Position numbers and translations under genes: made by a program. A stretch of DNA of 64,000 nucleotides from assembly GCA_030704615.1 (NCBI GenBank), contig CM060733.1, forward strand, positions 75,950,001 to 76,014,000. Reading direction: 5' to 3'. Positions 40,205 through 52,569 of this stretch are shown here, in pieces (the first letter of the stretch is position 1; every line of letters starts with the position of its first letter). Source of the DNA: Takakia lepidozioides. Lineage: Eukaryota; Plantae; Bryophyta. The notes beneath the pieces were generated by a model. It was not told the origin of the DNA. It saw only the letters and a program-made list of their open reading frames with translations, and did no database searches.

Positions 40205-40820
40205 ACACATCCCTCATGGCACACTTCACATCTTGCACACCAGACCCTCTTGTGGAGGAGGATAACCAAGTTCCAGCGTGGGAACTCTTTAGGCACGATT
40301 TCACCAATTGCACTGTATCGGATGGATTCAGAAGCTGGGAGCCGCCACTCTTTGCCCTTTCCGAAATCTGCATGTAGAATGACGGCACTTTCCAGAAAAT
40401 TCCCATAAGCATCCTTCGTCTCCTCTTCCAAAAACACCGTTCCCGGGCGGAGCCCAAACTTCACACACAAGTACTGTTCAGTGACAATCGCAACTCCTTG
40501 GTCGCAGGGTATTTTTGCGTTTAGAGAATCAGGATGGAAGTACACGTTTATCCAAACACGAGAGTCCATGTTGAAGACAACAACTCTCGGTACGCTCCGC
40601 AGCGAAGTCCTGCAATGAGAAGAGAGTGTCCTACATAATACCACAATCATTTTCTGGGGGATTCTGTATCCAACATGATGGGTGATCAGTGCAGGTATGG
40701 ATGAAGGTGTGTAACGTACGTGACAAATACGGACGACCACAACAAATTCACATCGAAAATTGGGTGCCTGAATTGTGATGTACCACCAGTTGGGCTACAA
40801 TAAATCAGGCCTTCTCATGA

Positions 40821-41836
40821 ATTTCGACACCAAAATCCGGATGAACATCTCTGTCATGTAACAGATTTGGAAGCCACGGGATGAATTCCAGCGACAGAAT
40901 TCGGAATTAATTCACCTCATGAAACTGAGCTAGCACCCGACGGACGGATTTCGGTGCCGAAATTCGGATAAACGTGTTCTTCATGAAATTGTTTCTACAC
41001 ATAAATGATGAATTTCGGCGCCGAAATACGGATGAATGTGTTTGTGATTAGAGTCATGATTCAGCACGTGTAATGATTTCTTTAGCGAAATCTGGATGAC
41101 AGCAACCTTGAATAGACAGTAGGGATGAATTTCGGCGTTGAAATTCATTCTTCTTTTGCTTTTTCGAAAGTCTTCTGCTGTCCTACGAATGAATTTCGGC
41201 GCCAAAATTCATCCAAAGTCCTCCGTCCAATATTTATTTTTCTTTGAGAGCGATGAATTTCGGCGCCGAAATCCAGCGCTCGAACCTTTAAGAAAAATAA
41301 CGATTATTCTGCATTAAATGGAGAAATCGACACATTTAACCCCTTATGTCTTTCAGAAGGCCGTTATTCAGTGACATAAACGGATATTTTCTCAGGTTAG
41401 GGGAAAATTAATTGCATTTTAGCCGTTGTTTTCATTTGAAACTGATCGTATCCATTAAGTGGTCATTACTCGTACATGAGGTTGCCGCAAATAAAGTATA
41501 ATTTCGGTGCCGAAATTATACTTAACAGTCCAAACATGGCACGTCCAACAAACATGGATAGCAACCACGAGGGGCACTGATGGCAGCAAAGCGTGGCATG
41601 GTGCCGGTTTCTTGTTCGGGCTGGATGTATTTCGGCGCCGAAATATGGATGATTTCAGCTCGTTTGCTCGCGGACGGAGATATTGTTAATGAATTTCGGC
41701 GCCGAAATATGGATGAAATGTGCCCCAGTGCAGCGTTCTGCACAGTTCCGGAATTAATTCCGGATCCGATATCCGACTGACAGGTGTGCTCATGACGGAT
41801 GAGGTCTGGCGAAGCGATGAATTTCGACGCCGAAAT
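40821..41836. repeat. Phased array of the 16-bp palindrome ATTTCGGCGCCGAAAT between the divergent transposase and ParB-MTase genes
   Basis: Starts at 40821, 40885, 40948, 41012, 41076, 41129, 41193, 41257, 41501, 41629, 41693, 41757 and 41821 (some degenerate). Confidence 0.9.
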
Positions 41837-41918
41837 ACATATGTTTGTGTATGAAAGCACTTGTATATGATCCAAAATTCATCCGTCCGCTGATGAAACG
41901 GGCCGACCTAACTGTTGA

Positions 41919-43363
41919 ATGTCGATTGGCAGGGGAATTTCATGGCGGTTGGGTTTCATGATGTGCGGATACTGCATTCAATGCCGGCTGCTCCGGGAAC
42001 AGCATCCGGTGAACGGAACGGTATTTCGGCGCCGCAATTCGGATAAAGCGTCTTCTACTGATGACTTCAACAGGCACGCGTCGCATTCCAGGCGACTTCA
42101 TCCGTCCGAACGTGTCAGGGGTCACAATCTCTTCATCACCCATACGGTGGAAAGTGGTGGACGGTGGCAACGTTTGGGGAGACGTGGCTGCTTGCGCACA
42201 CATGGCAGGGAAGATGTTCTTCGTCTTGGACGAGAACCACAGGATGCTTGCCTGGACAGAGTACATTGCTGAAATGCATCCGCAAGATATCAATTGGCAT
42301 TACATGGTGGACTTCATTGTCGTGAAGGTGGACGTCAGGGACAGAGGACTGCTGAAGGGTGCCATGGCGGATATAAATCTGTAAGTATAGTATTACATCC
42401 TTGTGTAGTGCCTATTGCGGCGCCAAAATAGGCAATGTTCTTGACTGTCATCCACTCTATGAACAGGAAATTGGATTGATGTGCCGAAATCTGGTTATTT
42501 TTTTTATCATATTTTTATGTTGTTCATTTTTTTTTTCCCCTCCATGGCAGGGTAATAGAGAGGGCCTTCGTGGAAACTCACCTGGCACATACGCTCTACA
42601 AAGTGCAAGAAGTGGGCACAACACCGTTGACGGACTTCCAAAAATCCCTCGATCCCGAGCTATACAGGAAGTCCCTTGCGAAAGCGGATCGCACATTGTA
42701 CCGACCAACACTGGACGCTATGGTGGAGATCCTGTATTCGGTGAGGTTCATCTCAAATTTCCCAATTTAATGCTATTTCTTGCAGGGATCAGTGGCCTGA
42801 CTGTATCCGATGGGTGTGGGAATGCAGACGAACATCAGGGATGACTTGGCCTCTGCCAAAAGGCAATTCTTTGAGAGTGATGCCCCCAACAAGGCGGACG
42901 CGTCAATAGATAGTCACATTGTGGAGGCAGGGAGGCAATCACGGACCAAGTATAGGTCCAAACTTGTGAAGCAAGTTGCAATCGCTGACCTGGTCTTGGT
43001 GCCGAGTTCCTGGCGGAGATAAGACTGCATTACTCCAGACCAATGAAACCCAAAATGTCCATGGAGAAACTTCATCACATCGTAGTGTCTTGTGTTGAGC
43101 GGGCGGAGAAGGTTAGCATGTCTTTGTTCTTGTTTTGTGTCTTTTCACGATTCTCATGAGGAGGTTCTTTTGTCTGGCCGATGTTAGGCCATGCAGACGA
43201 GGTGGCTGCGAATCTGGAACGGCCATACAAACACGAAGCTGTTGTGCCACTTTCTCATCGAGCCAACAGACGACAAAATGAACGACTGGCTCAATGTGAT
43301 GACTTGGTGGCATCAGGTATAATTTCCTCCTCTTCTGTGTGTTGGACATCATCGCAATTTCAT
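41919..43363 (+). pseudogene. Cargo gene copy B, 5' half: ParB/Srx-like domain exons
   Basis: KMFFVLDENHRMLAWTEYIAEMH...WHY...AMADINL then a GT donor, matching copy C KMFFVWDGNHRLLAWMEYIESMH...WHY...AMHDINK. Cut at the TSD AATTTCAT. Confidence 0.75.
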
Positions 43364-43660
43364 CCTGGGGGGTGTACTCTTTATAAAATGTCCGTATCAC
43401 GTGCGCCTAATAAAAAAACCCCCTGTATACGGGTCCTTGGATCATTTATACCCCCTCTGTACATACATTTTGAAGATTATAAAACCCCCTCCAGTAAATA
43501 TATAGAAATTTGTGATCTTTAAAAAGTACCCCCTTCTATATGTATATTTCCCTTTTCAATCATTAAAAAATACCTCAAATATGTATATGTATATTTTTAT
43601 ATTATATTGACTTTATTCATTTAAGAACAGAATACCAATGAATTAATAAAAATATATCTG
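43364..43660 (+). mobile_element. One end of a TIR DNA transposon inserted in cargo gene B
   Basis: TIR CCTGGGGGGTGTACTC preceded by AATTTCAT; ACCCCCT subterminal motifs; inner boundary approximate. Confidence 0.75.
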
Positions 43661-44115
43661 TTTGTCCTCAATAAAATTATCAAAGACTTGGTGTGGAATC
43701 GTCAAGCTGATATCAAATATCTCACTCTGGAAGAAACAGATGCAGAGAGGAAAAGGACATTGTCAATACCCAATGTGCAAGAGGCCTGAAGAAAGTTTCC
43801 ATTTTCTGATACACAGTCCTGGGTATTTTCATCAGAGAGTGACTCTATTGAGGACCATCAAGACGGTAGTCACTGCACCTCTGTTCATCAACTAGGACAG
43901 TTTCTGAACTTGTTCTACAGTTTCAACCTTCGCAAGGTCCAATTATGTTCAAAACCTATTGTTGAGAATTCCTCTCCGAAAAGATTTCATGCACCTTTGC
44001 TGCCACTGTTGGAGTCCAACCTGACTCGCAGCTGGCAAAGAATGCAAAAGCAAAAGCAATGGCCAGCTTCTCATTGTGGTGGCAAAGAGACAATTCTTTA
44101 AGCTCTTCCTCAACA

Positions 44116-46300
44116 TCATGCAATGCAAAGCGCGGGCTTCACCCCTTCGCACACCATTTGCTCATAGGTCTCCAAAGCCTCCATCCCACGCCCTTGCTGT
44201 GCATATCCTGCAATGATTGCACTCCACGATAGCACATCTGGTTCAGCCATACACGCTTGCCCTTCATACATGTCCACGAGGGTATTGTTCAGAATGACAT
44301 TTGATACAATTGCAGTTCTGACAATGTCGCCATGGACCTCTTTGCCCTTTTCCAGAGCTGCCACACTTGCACACGCATTGCAAATGCACACAAACGTGAT
44401 GTGGTCAGGCTTCACCCCTTCCCCCATCATTTGCTCATAGGTATCCAAACCCTCCATACCACGTCCCTGCTGTGCATACCCTACAAGCATCGCGTTCCAT
44501 GACACCACATCTCGTTCAGCCATAGTGTTGGAAACTCCCTTCGCATCCTTAATGCACCCACGTTTGGCATACATGTCCACCAGGGCAGTGTTCAGAATGA
44601 CATCTGGTACAATTCCAGCTTTGACAATGTCACCATGGACCTCTTTCCCCTTTTCCAGAGCTCCCAGGCTTGCACACGCATTGCATCCTGCCAACATTAT
44701 ATTCCACGTGATCAAAGATCGTTGAGGCATTATGTTGAACACTTGGTGAGCATCGATGGTGCTCCCGCACTTAACATAAATGTTGACAAGGGTGTTGAGT
44801 AGAAAAACATTTGACGTGAATCCACTTTGGATAACATGAGTATGCACCTGCTTTCCAACTTCCAGACCTTCCATCTTGATGCACTTAAGCAGGAGACAGA
44901 CATACATATCTAAATCTGCTGAAATGCCTTGCGATGTGGTTAGGCTTCACCCCTCCCCCCATCATTTGCTCATAGGTCTCCAAAGCCGAGCCATCTCGTG
45001 CCCCTGCAAGCATCATGTTCCACGACACCACATCTCGTTCAGCCAAAGTGTTGAAAACTCCCCTCACGTCCTTAATGCACCCACATTTGGCAAACATGTC
45101 CACCAGGGCAGTGTTCAGAATGACATCTGGTACAATTCCAGCTTTGACAATGTCACCATGGACCTCTTTCCTCTTTTCCAGAGCTCCCAGGCTTGCACAC
45201 GCATTGCATCCTGCCAACATTATATTCCACGTGATCAAAGATCGTTGAGGCATTATGTTGAACACTTGGTGAGCACCGATGATGCTCCCGCACTTAACAT
45301 ACATGTTGACAAGGGTGTTGAGTAGAAAAATATTTGACGTGAATCCACTTTGGATAAGGTGAGTATGCACCTGCTTTCCAGCTTCCAGACCTTCCATTGA
45401 TGCACTTAAGCAAGAGACAGACATACATATCTAAATCTGCTGAAAGGCCTTCCGATGTGGTTAGGCTTCACCCCTTCCCCCATCGTTTGCTCATAGGTCT
45501 CCAAAGCCTCCATCTCGTGCCCCTGCAAGCATCATGTTCCACGACACCACATCTCGTTCAGCCATAGTGTTGAAAACACTCCTCACATCCTTAATGCACC
45601 CACATTTGGCAAACATGTCCACCATGGCAGTGTTCAGGATGACATCTGGTACAATTCCAGTCTTTGACAATGTCACTATGGACCTCTTTCCTCTTTTCCA
45701 GAGCTCCCAGGCTTGCACACGCATTGCAAACACAAACAAATGTGATGTGGTTGGGCTTCACCGCTTCGCACATCATTTGCTCATATGTCTCCAAAACATT
45801 CCTACCACACCTATGCTTTCCAACGTAATATTCCACGTGATCAAAGATCATTGAGGCATTCTATTGAACACTTGGTGAGCATCCCTGATGCTCGGCACTT
45901 AACATACATATTGACAAGGGTGTTGAGTAGAAAACTTTTGTCGTGAATCCACTTTGGATAATGTGAGTGTGCACTTGCTTTCCAGCTTCGAGACCTTCCA
46001 TCTTGATGCACTTAAGCAAGAGACAGACATACATATCTGAATCTGCTGAAATGCCTCCTTGGTTTAGAATCTTTAGAGCCTCTGTCAGGTTGTTTGCCGC
46101 ACAAAGTATCTTCACATGCCCAGAAGTGTCAGAAAAGGCATTGTGGACTCCCTATCTTGATCCTCTTTCAGAAGCTGTGGTCATGGTTGAGGTGCCTGAT
46201 TTTATCATCTGTGCCGCTGCAGCTGTTGCCTTTAGTTTACCATCTACCCATGCAGGTTTCTTGTAGCTACTGACCCACATGGAATCAAGGTAATTTGGAG
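44116..46300 (-). pseudogene. Degenerate PLS-class PPR gene with internal tandem duplications
   Basis: Three related blocks (YVCLLLKCIKMEGLE.GKQVH...AERDVVSWN...GVKPNHI) with frameshifts. Confidence 0.9.
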
Positions 46301-47815
46301 CTTGAAGTCCAACCCTCGTGGATGAATCTGGACCCACACTCTACCCCTGCTCCTTCAGGCAAAAACAGGGAAAAACTCTGATAACAGGGAAAAACAGGCT
46401 GAAATGTGTTGAAGAAGGTACCTTCATTAGCATCGCCTTGTTCTATCAATTGCACTGCTGTCGTTGCTGTTTCCAGTTGACCATCTACCCGCGCGATCGC
46501 TTGTAGCTATTGATCCACAAGGAAGCAGAAGGAAACTTGTGTTTGAAATCCGGCCCTCTTGGATGAATCTGGACCTCTATCCCTGGTCCTCAACTATCCC
46601 TGCCTGTGGACAAATCATGAATACATCCTCAGCCTTGCTACTAGCAGCTGACAGTGATGGCATGAAGTTCTTCCAGCAAACACCCTAAACCCTAATGATG
46701 AGAGGGCTTGATAATCAAATGCTGATCATTCAAAGTGACTAACACCTGTCCGTAATGCAATGTGGTTCATGAAATCTCCTTGGGTAAATTCAGAACAATA
46801 CTTGTATCCTTGGCCCTTCAAAAGTGCCCCACAACTGTTGGTAACCTCCCTTCCAGCAATATGTGCGCCCAGCCTCATTAAATCTTCTTCATGTGTGGCA
46901 GATTCCGCCGCCAATGATGATGCCCTTGAACATTCACTGCTGTAGCCCCGGCATAACTTCCCATCAACATTGTTGGCTGGACACCTTGAGTGATTGCTGC
47001 CATTGGCTGATCCTGCAGACAGGGAGTAACCACTGGGTTTGCTAACCCTTGCACCCACAGTCTGCTGATGACTGCCCAACTTAGGTCTCTTCTGGTACAT
47101 ACTGGTGACACTCTCCTCATTCTGAAACCTCTCTAAAAGAGTGACCCCCAGCCTGGCATCCCAAACATTTCTCTTGGCACTCAAACTCACATTCTCTCGG
47201 CTGCCAATACTTCCCTTGTCATGACTCATTGAGTCTCCCTCAACCCCAATAAACTCTCTGATATACTTGACCCAATCTTGGCATCCCAAGTTCCTCTTTG
47301 TTCACTCAAATCCTCACCCCTTGGACTACCACTGACTTCCCTCTCATGATGTATAGGTTCAGTCCTTTCCCAAATTAACCCATCTGAGAAAGCTGATGCT
47401 AACCTGCTATCCCATACTTCTCCCCTAGTTTTGAAACTCTCTTTCCCCAGGTTATCAATTATTTCCTTAACATAACAAACTGATTTTCTCTCTTCCCCCC
47501 CAACTTTTCTCTCAAATTCACAATGCTTATCTCAGGTTCTCTTTCCCACAAACTGAAAAGAAAAACCTTCCAACCCATTGGTACCAGTATAGTAACCAGA
47601 AAGTATCCACCCAAAAAGATCCAGCTCAGTCTGGACCAAAAAGTGTTGTCCCTGCAACACCTGTGATCGGAAGAACTAGAATGCCCAAACACAAATGAAG
47701 CATGACTCCCTCATGCGATCAATGCCATGGCTATATCATACTTGGCTCAGATCCGTGCCTCCTCTGATCAGTTCTTCTCCCGTCATTTGTGTGCCCTAAA
47801 ACCACCGACCTTGGT

Positions 47816-48095
47816 ATTTCGGCGCCGAAATTCCCAAGAGCAGTGTGCTAAAGTTTAGTTTTGAAAACTTCCACCGGCGTATTTCGGCGCCGAAATTCCC
47901 TTTTGAAATGTGATATAGTGGCGTATTTTATGGCGCAGAGCGGGCTATTTCGGCGCCGAAATACCCAAGTGGAATGTGTTGAAGTGCCTTTTGCTGAAGG
48001 TTTCCATCGTGCTATTTCGGTGCAGTAATTCCTACATGGAATTTTATAAGGCCCATATTATGAAGACGCACACTGGGCTATTTCGGCGCCGAAAT
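47816..48095. repeat. Second phased array of ATTTCGGCGCCGAAAT, downstream of cargo gene B
   Basis: Starts at 47816, 47881, 47947, 48014 and 48080 (65-67 bp spacing). Confidence 0.9.
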
Positions 48096-48345
48096 TCCCA
48101 ATAGGAATGTTAGAAACTGCAGTGTTTTCATGACTTCTAGTTCGAGGTTCGTTGGTGTGCATGAATTACTTGTAGGGTTCTTTACTTTACTTTGCGTCTC
48201 TTTTGCTTTTATTATTACATTGTGGTTTGTAGAAGAAATGTTGGGAATCAGACATGCACAGTCTGAACACAATGATTTCAAAAATCGTTAATATTTTCAT
48301 TAAGTGTTCAGAACTGTACAACAGAAGGATCCAAATGAGACTTTG

Positions 48346-51294
48346 CTATGGCGAGGATCCGCGATCACTGTCCAATGCATCCCCGGCCTCATGCAAGGAT
48401 GGCTGCCTTCCACCTGCCTCCGAATCTGCACTGCTGCTATTGCTGTTACTCTGAGAAGCCCTCCCCTCAAAAATACTATCCTCACCAGCTGGAGCTGTCC
48501 ACCTGGGTGCAGAACTGTCCTCATCATCCCCCTCGCTCTCAGACGCGGATTCTATGACGAACGTGCCTACTCTGCCTTTCACAATTCCATGTTTGGCCTC
48601 ACGCCTCATTATAATTCTCTGCTCCTTCCCGAATATCAATTGCTCGAACTGAGTAGGCCTATCCTCCCTCCTGATGGCTTCTTTGGCAGCCGTGTCTACA
48701 TAGGCTGGTAGAAAAAAGGGCTTCTGGGGACTCGCAAGAAATGATTTTCTGGCAAAGAATGGTTGATGCGATTATGTGTCCTCCTCTGCAACAGGGTCCG
48801 ATTCGGGCAAGTCTCCCAGCATTTCCTCGTCGGACGACTCTGCAAGGTGGAGTGTACGCACAAACACAGAATGAAGTACATTAGAACATTCAAACAAGGA
48901 ATCATCGGCAGGTTGCATGGTCCCTACAACCGAAACCAATACACTTACTATGGTGCAACTCACTCGAAGACAAGCATTGCAGGAAGCGGCTTCGGGCGCC
49001 CCTACATCGGACGAATTTCCTGGACTTCCTCCTCCTCCTCTTCCTCCTCCCCTTCCACGTCCTCTTCTGCGTTGTTGGGATCCTCAGTAGGAGGCAGACG
49101 CTGTAGGCCCGCCAAATTGAAATTGTACAAGGCCGTATCCCCCTCAAATGAAAACACAAATCGGTTGGACATCCTTCCCGCCCACATACAGGCACCTGCA
49201 AATTCATATGACACAACCAAAGCCAAAGTCAAGAATGACTCGCTTCCTAGTACAAGCAAACAAAGAGAATTGGAAACGGTGTCAATTTCGGTGCCGCAAT
49301 CACTGAACGCTCTCACCTGTATTAGCAGTGATGTCGAGGACCCTGCCTTCAACATCCGTACACATTTCCACGAGCGTCTAGATGAATGCAGGACTCCTGG
49401 TCCTGCCATACCTCCAAGGCTTGCCCGCCAAATCACAAAGCATGTCCTTCTCTCTCATATGGTTGAACAGGACGTTATACTCCAGTGGATCAATTGTGGA
49501 ATCAACAAGTCTGCCTGCTTGACGTAATTTGAATTTTGAATGTTCCTTCACGAAGCAGAATGCCTGAAAGATAAGAGTCTGCAAAGAAGGAAAGGAGAAC
49601 GTGAGAGGTGGCCTACACGTACATGGGCAATTTTGGCGCAGAAATTGGCAGAACAGAGGAAAACTGCAGCATACCTTCTGACCATCGTTGACAAGACCCT
49701 GCGTGTTGATGCAAGTCCAGATCTTATTCAGGATGGGTGCTGCACTTCTCCCCGTCCATACTTTGATATCATTCTCAGTGACTTCTCCATCAGCTGCTAG
49801 CACAACAACACAGCCGTCGTCGTCCAACATGTTGGCTGCAAACCCGAATGTATGGCTCCAGTATCTTTCGTCGTACTTGTTCCACCAGGGTAGTGAGCCC
49901 AGCCCCAGTATCTCCTGCCTATCCGGGATATCCACAAGGATCATGTCGATGGAGGCTTTCACCGCCCTGCCCCCGACTGTGCTCTTTTTTGCCGTGGCTC
50001 ATCGCCACAAAATACTCCATCATCTTTGTGTAGCCGGGAGTGTCCTCCATATCGTTGCCTGTGGCCTTCCTCTTCCCCTTCCCCTGGTGGGCCTCAATCG
50101 CCTTCTTCAATCTCGTTTTCTCCAGCCTTCTGGTCAAAGCAGTTAGGAAATTTTCATTAACACACTCCACAATTGTGGGTGTTTTGAGAACTTCCCTGCC
50201 CGCAATGTGCACCGTACGGTAGGGTCTGCCAGGTGCATCCTCGTATAGTGATCTCTTCGCAGCCGAACCCCCGGAGCGCTGGCCCTTGTGAATTTTCGGA
50301 CGAGGTGTGGCCCCCTGGGTGTTATCCTGCTGGAAATCCTCGTCGGAATCCTCGTCATCTGGCTGACTATGTTGCTGCTTCTTCTTCTTGGGTGTGGGGC
50401 TCTTTGTCTCTTGCCCCTGTTTGCGCGTTCTTTTCTTCCTGTCCTTGGGCTGCTCAGCTGCCTGCTTCTCCACCTGCTCCTTCGCCAACGCTGCCGCCTT
50501 GGCTGACTTTCTCAGTGCTTTCTGCTTTGCTGCCTCCTCTGCTTTCAGTTTTTCCGCGTCCTCAGGTTGGGGATCCAAATGCGCCTTCATAGCCCGGGCA
50601 TTCGCTTCCTTCTTCAAGTTAACCTCCGAGAGGTCAATGGTCCCACTTGGGAAATCCACATACCAGGGACAGTCTACCAAATGCTCGGCATGCCACTCTT
50701 TTGCCATTACTTCTATGTACGTCGTACCACAACCTCCAGGTGTCCTCCACGCCAGGAAGAATGGTGGAACCCTTTGAATGGCTCCGGACGGAATGAGAGC
50801 AAAATTTATGTACCTACAATCACGAGCCAGTTCAACAAAAATCATGCTACTGATGCATCATGCAAGAGGAAGTTCTGAATGTAGAAGGTATTTCAGTGCC
50901 GAAATACGCAATGGACCGTGCCCCAATTACCCAGCATTCACATCTTGCGGAGGTATATTTCGGCGCCGCAATACCCACCGCTGCTTGGCTAAATCCTCAA
51001 AACTGCAAATAGGGGGATGCATTGGCAGCAGATTACCTGAATAGGACTCGCATTGCCGCTTTGTCGGCACCCTCTTGCTCTTCAATGTATACGCTGCGTC
51101 TTGCCTTTGCAATTTCTCCGAAAAAGAGGTTTGCGAAGCGCCCTCGCCAGGACTGCACGTAGTTCTCCATTGTCTCTGGTTTCGTCCAGTCGATCTGTAA
51201 CTTGAAAGTGGTGGTGTTGCAATCCAATTGCTCTTGGGCATGGGTCAGTACCTACAACAGTGCAGGTCTCCAAAACATTCATGAATATGAAATT
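48346..51294 (-). pseudogene. Cargo gene copy B, 3' half: linker and beta-class MTase-like domain (inverted relative to its 5' half)
   Basis: DMILVDIPD, LDDDGCVVV, KPWRYGRTRSPAFI, GRVLDITANTG, intron, ACMWAG...RFVFSFEGD. Begins at the rc TSD ATGAAATT (51287-51294). Confidence 0.75.
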
Positions 51295-51460
51295 CCTGGG
51301 GGGTGCACTCCAGCCAATATGTACCAACCACGTGCGTGCACAGGAGGGGGTATTTTAAACCCCTCCATGTACAACATTATATATATAGAGGGGGTTTAAA
51401 TCACCTTAAATATAATCTTACAGGAGGGGGTAATTAAATTTCAGGTGTAATCTAGTGGTA
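51295..51460 (+). mobile_element. Other end of the TIR element, now in inverted orientation
   Basis: CCTGGGGGGTGCACTC (15/16 identical to 43364) with GAGGGGGT subterminal motifs. Confidence 0.75.
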
Positions 51461-51659
51461 AGGACGTAGATTGTGTTACGACGCACCGCGGGATCAAATC
51501 GCGATGTACTGGTTTACGACTGTTTTTTCGCTTTTCTTTTCTTTTCTTTTCTCCCCGCGATCTGTCTCCCACGGGCTCTCTTTTCCCTCCTCTCCCGCGC
51601 CCCTTCCGCGTCAGCTTGGTCTTAGCCGGCCATGTTTCAATCTCTTCCTGCTCAATCTC

Positions 51660-51790
51660 GCCGTGGGTAGATGGTCAACTAGAAACAACAACGGCAGCAA
51701 CGCATTGATAGAACAAGGCACTACTAATGAAGGTACCTTCTTCAACGCATTTCAGCCTGTTTTCCCTGTTAGCAGAGTCGTCCCTAATTT
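51660..51790 (+). repeat. Inverted copy of PPR-upstream sequence 46365-46492
   Basis: e.g. ATGAAGGTACCTTCTTCAAC.CATTTCAGCCTGTTTT is the reverse complement of about 46390-46427. Confidence 0.8.
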
Positions 51791-52569
51791 TTCTTGTTGA
51801 ATTCTGCAAGTTAGCTCGTTGGTGGATCTATGGTGGTTTTGGAGTGATTGCACTTTTAACTAAGCTGCAGTGTGGGATGTTTCAACTCCAAAGCCACGGC
51901 GACAGATGTGGCTGCGATAATGTGAAAGGAGGCAAGTTCTTCTCCGGGGAAGTGGAGTGGATAGGAACAGAAGACCCACGGTATTTGCTGAACTAAATGT
52001 GTTTGCAGAGATGATGTTTGCGAGCATTTTGGTCAGAGTGATGGGCTGACCTATGCCTGATTTGCCTGTACTTCTTTGTTTGAGGTCTGGCCTATATGGG
52101 CGGTGTGTCCCATAGCGAGGGGAACTGAGTGGAAGGTGAGCAAGTCCCAAGCAAGTCTCAGTGACAGATCTGATACAGCTGTCACATTGAAATAGCTGAA
52201 GAAGGGGAAGACTGAAGCTGTGGGTACTGCTTGATTTCCCATGACGATGAAGCAAGGAGGCCTGAACTTGGTCACCCGAGCCTCAAGATGAGGACATGAT
52301 TGGAGGAAGACGATGGTTTGTCGTTTTAGCACAATTTCTTCCCGTAATGTCGTGGCACCTTCTCTGTCTAGCCCATTCTAGCACCAGTCATTTTTTATCG
52401 CTTGTGTGGATAGCCGTTGCCGGCCAATGGGGGCACGTATTGCCGTTGCCCCAGAGAAGATCACGTGAGAGGGTGTTCCGCAGTGGGTTTTCAATGTTTG
52501 CATCTCCGTGTTGAAACACTACAGTGATTACTTGTCCCTTTCCATTCCCGGTGGGCACACACTTCCTCA

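Larger units (their letters stand above)
30034..40620 (-). pseudogene. Element B MULE-type transposase with SWIM finger, interrupted by the chromovirus at 33239-40204
   Basis: CIHIGKHDHPV zinc finger, WVMFDH (D1), FMADNAQANWAAV (D2), TTNMAESVHSSW (E), SWIM CNCEDF...PCKHLYY; homologous to 59350-62519. Confidence 0.85.

Noticed and set aside
40821-41836. CRISPR-like look (palindromic repeats with ~48-bp variable spacers)
   Set aside because: Repeats are only 16 bp and degenerate, also occur singly in introns, no cas genes are present, and the context is a eukaryotic transposon.
46726-47289. 187-aa ORF upstream of the PPR remnant
   Set aside because: No motif and a non-ATG start; cannot be assigned.
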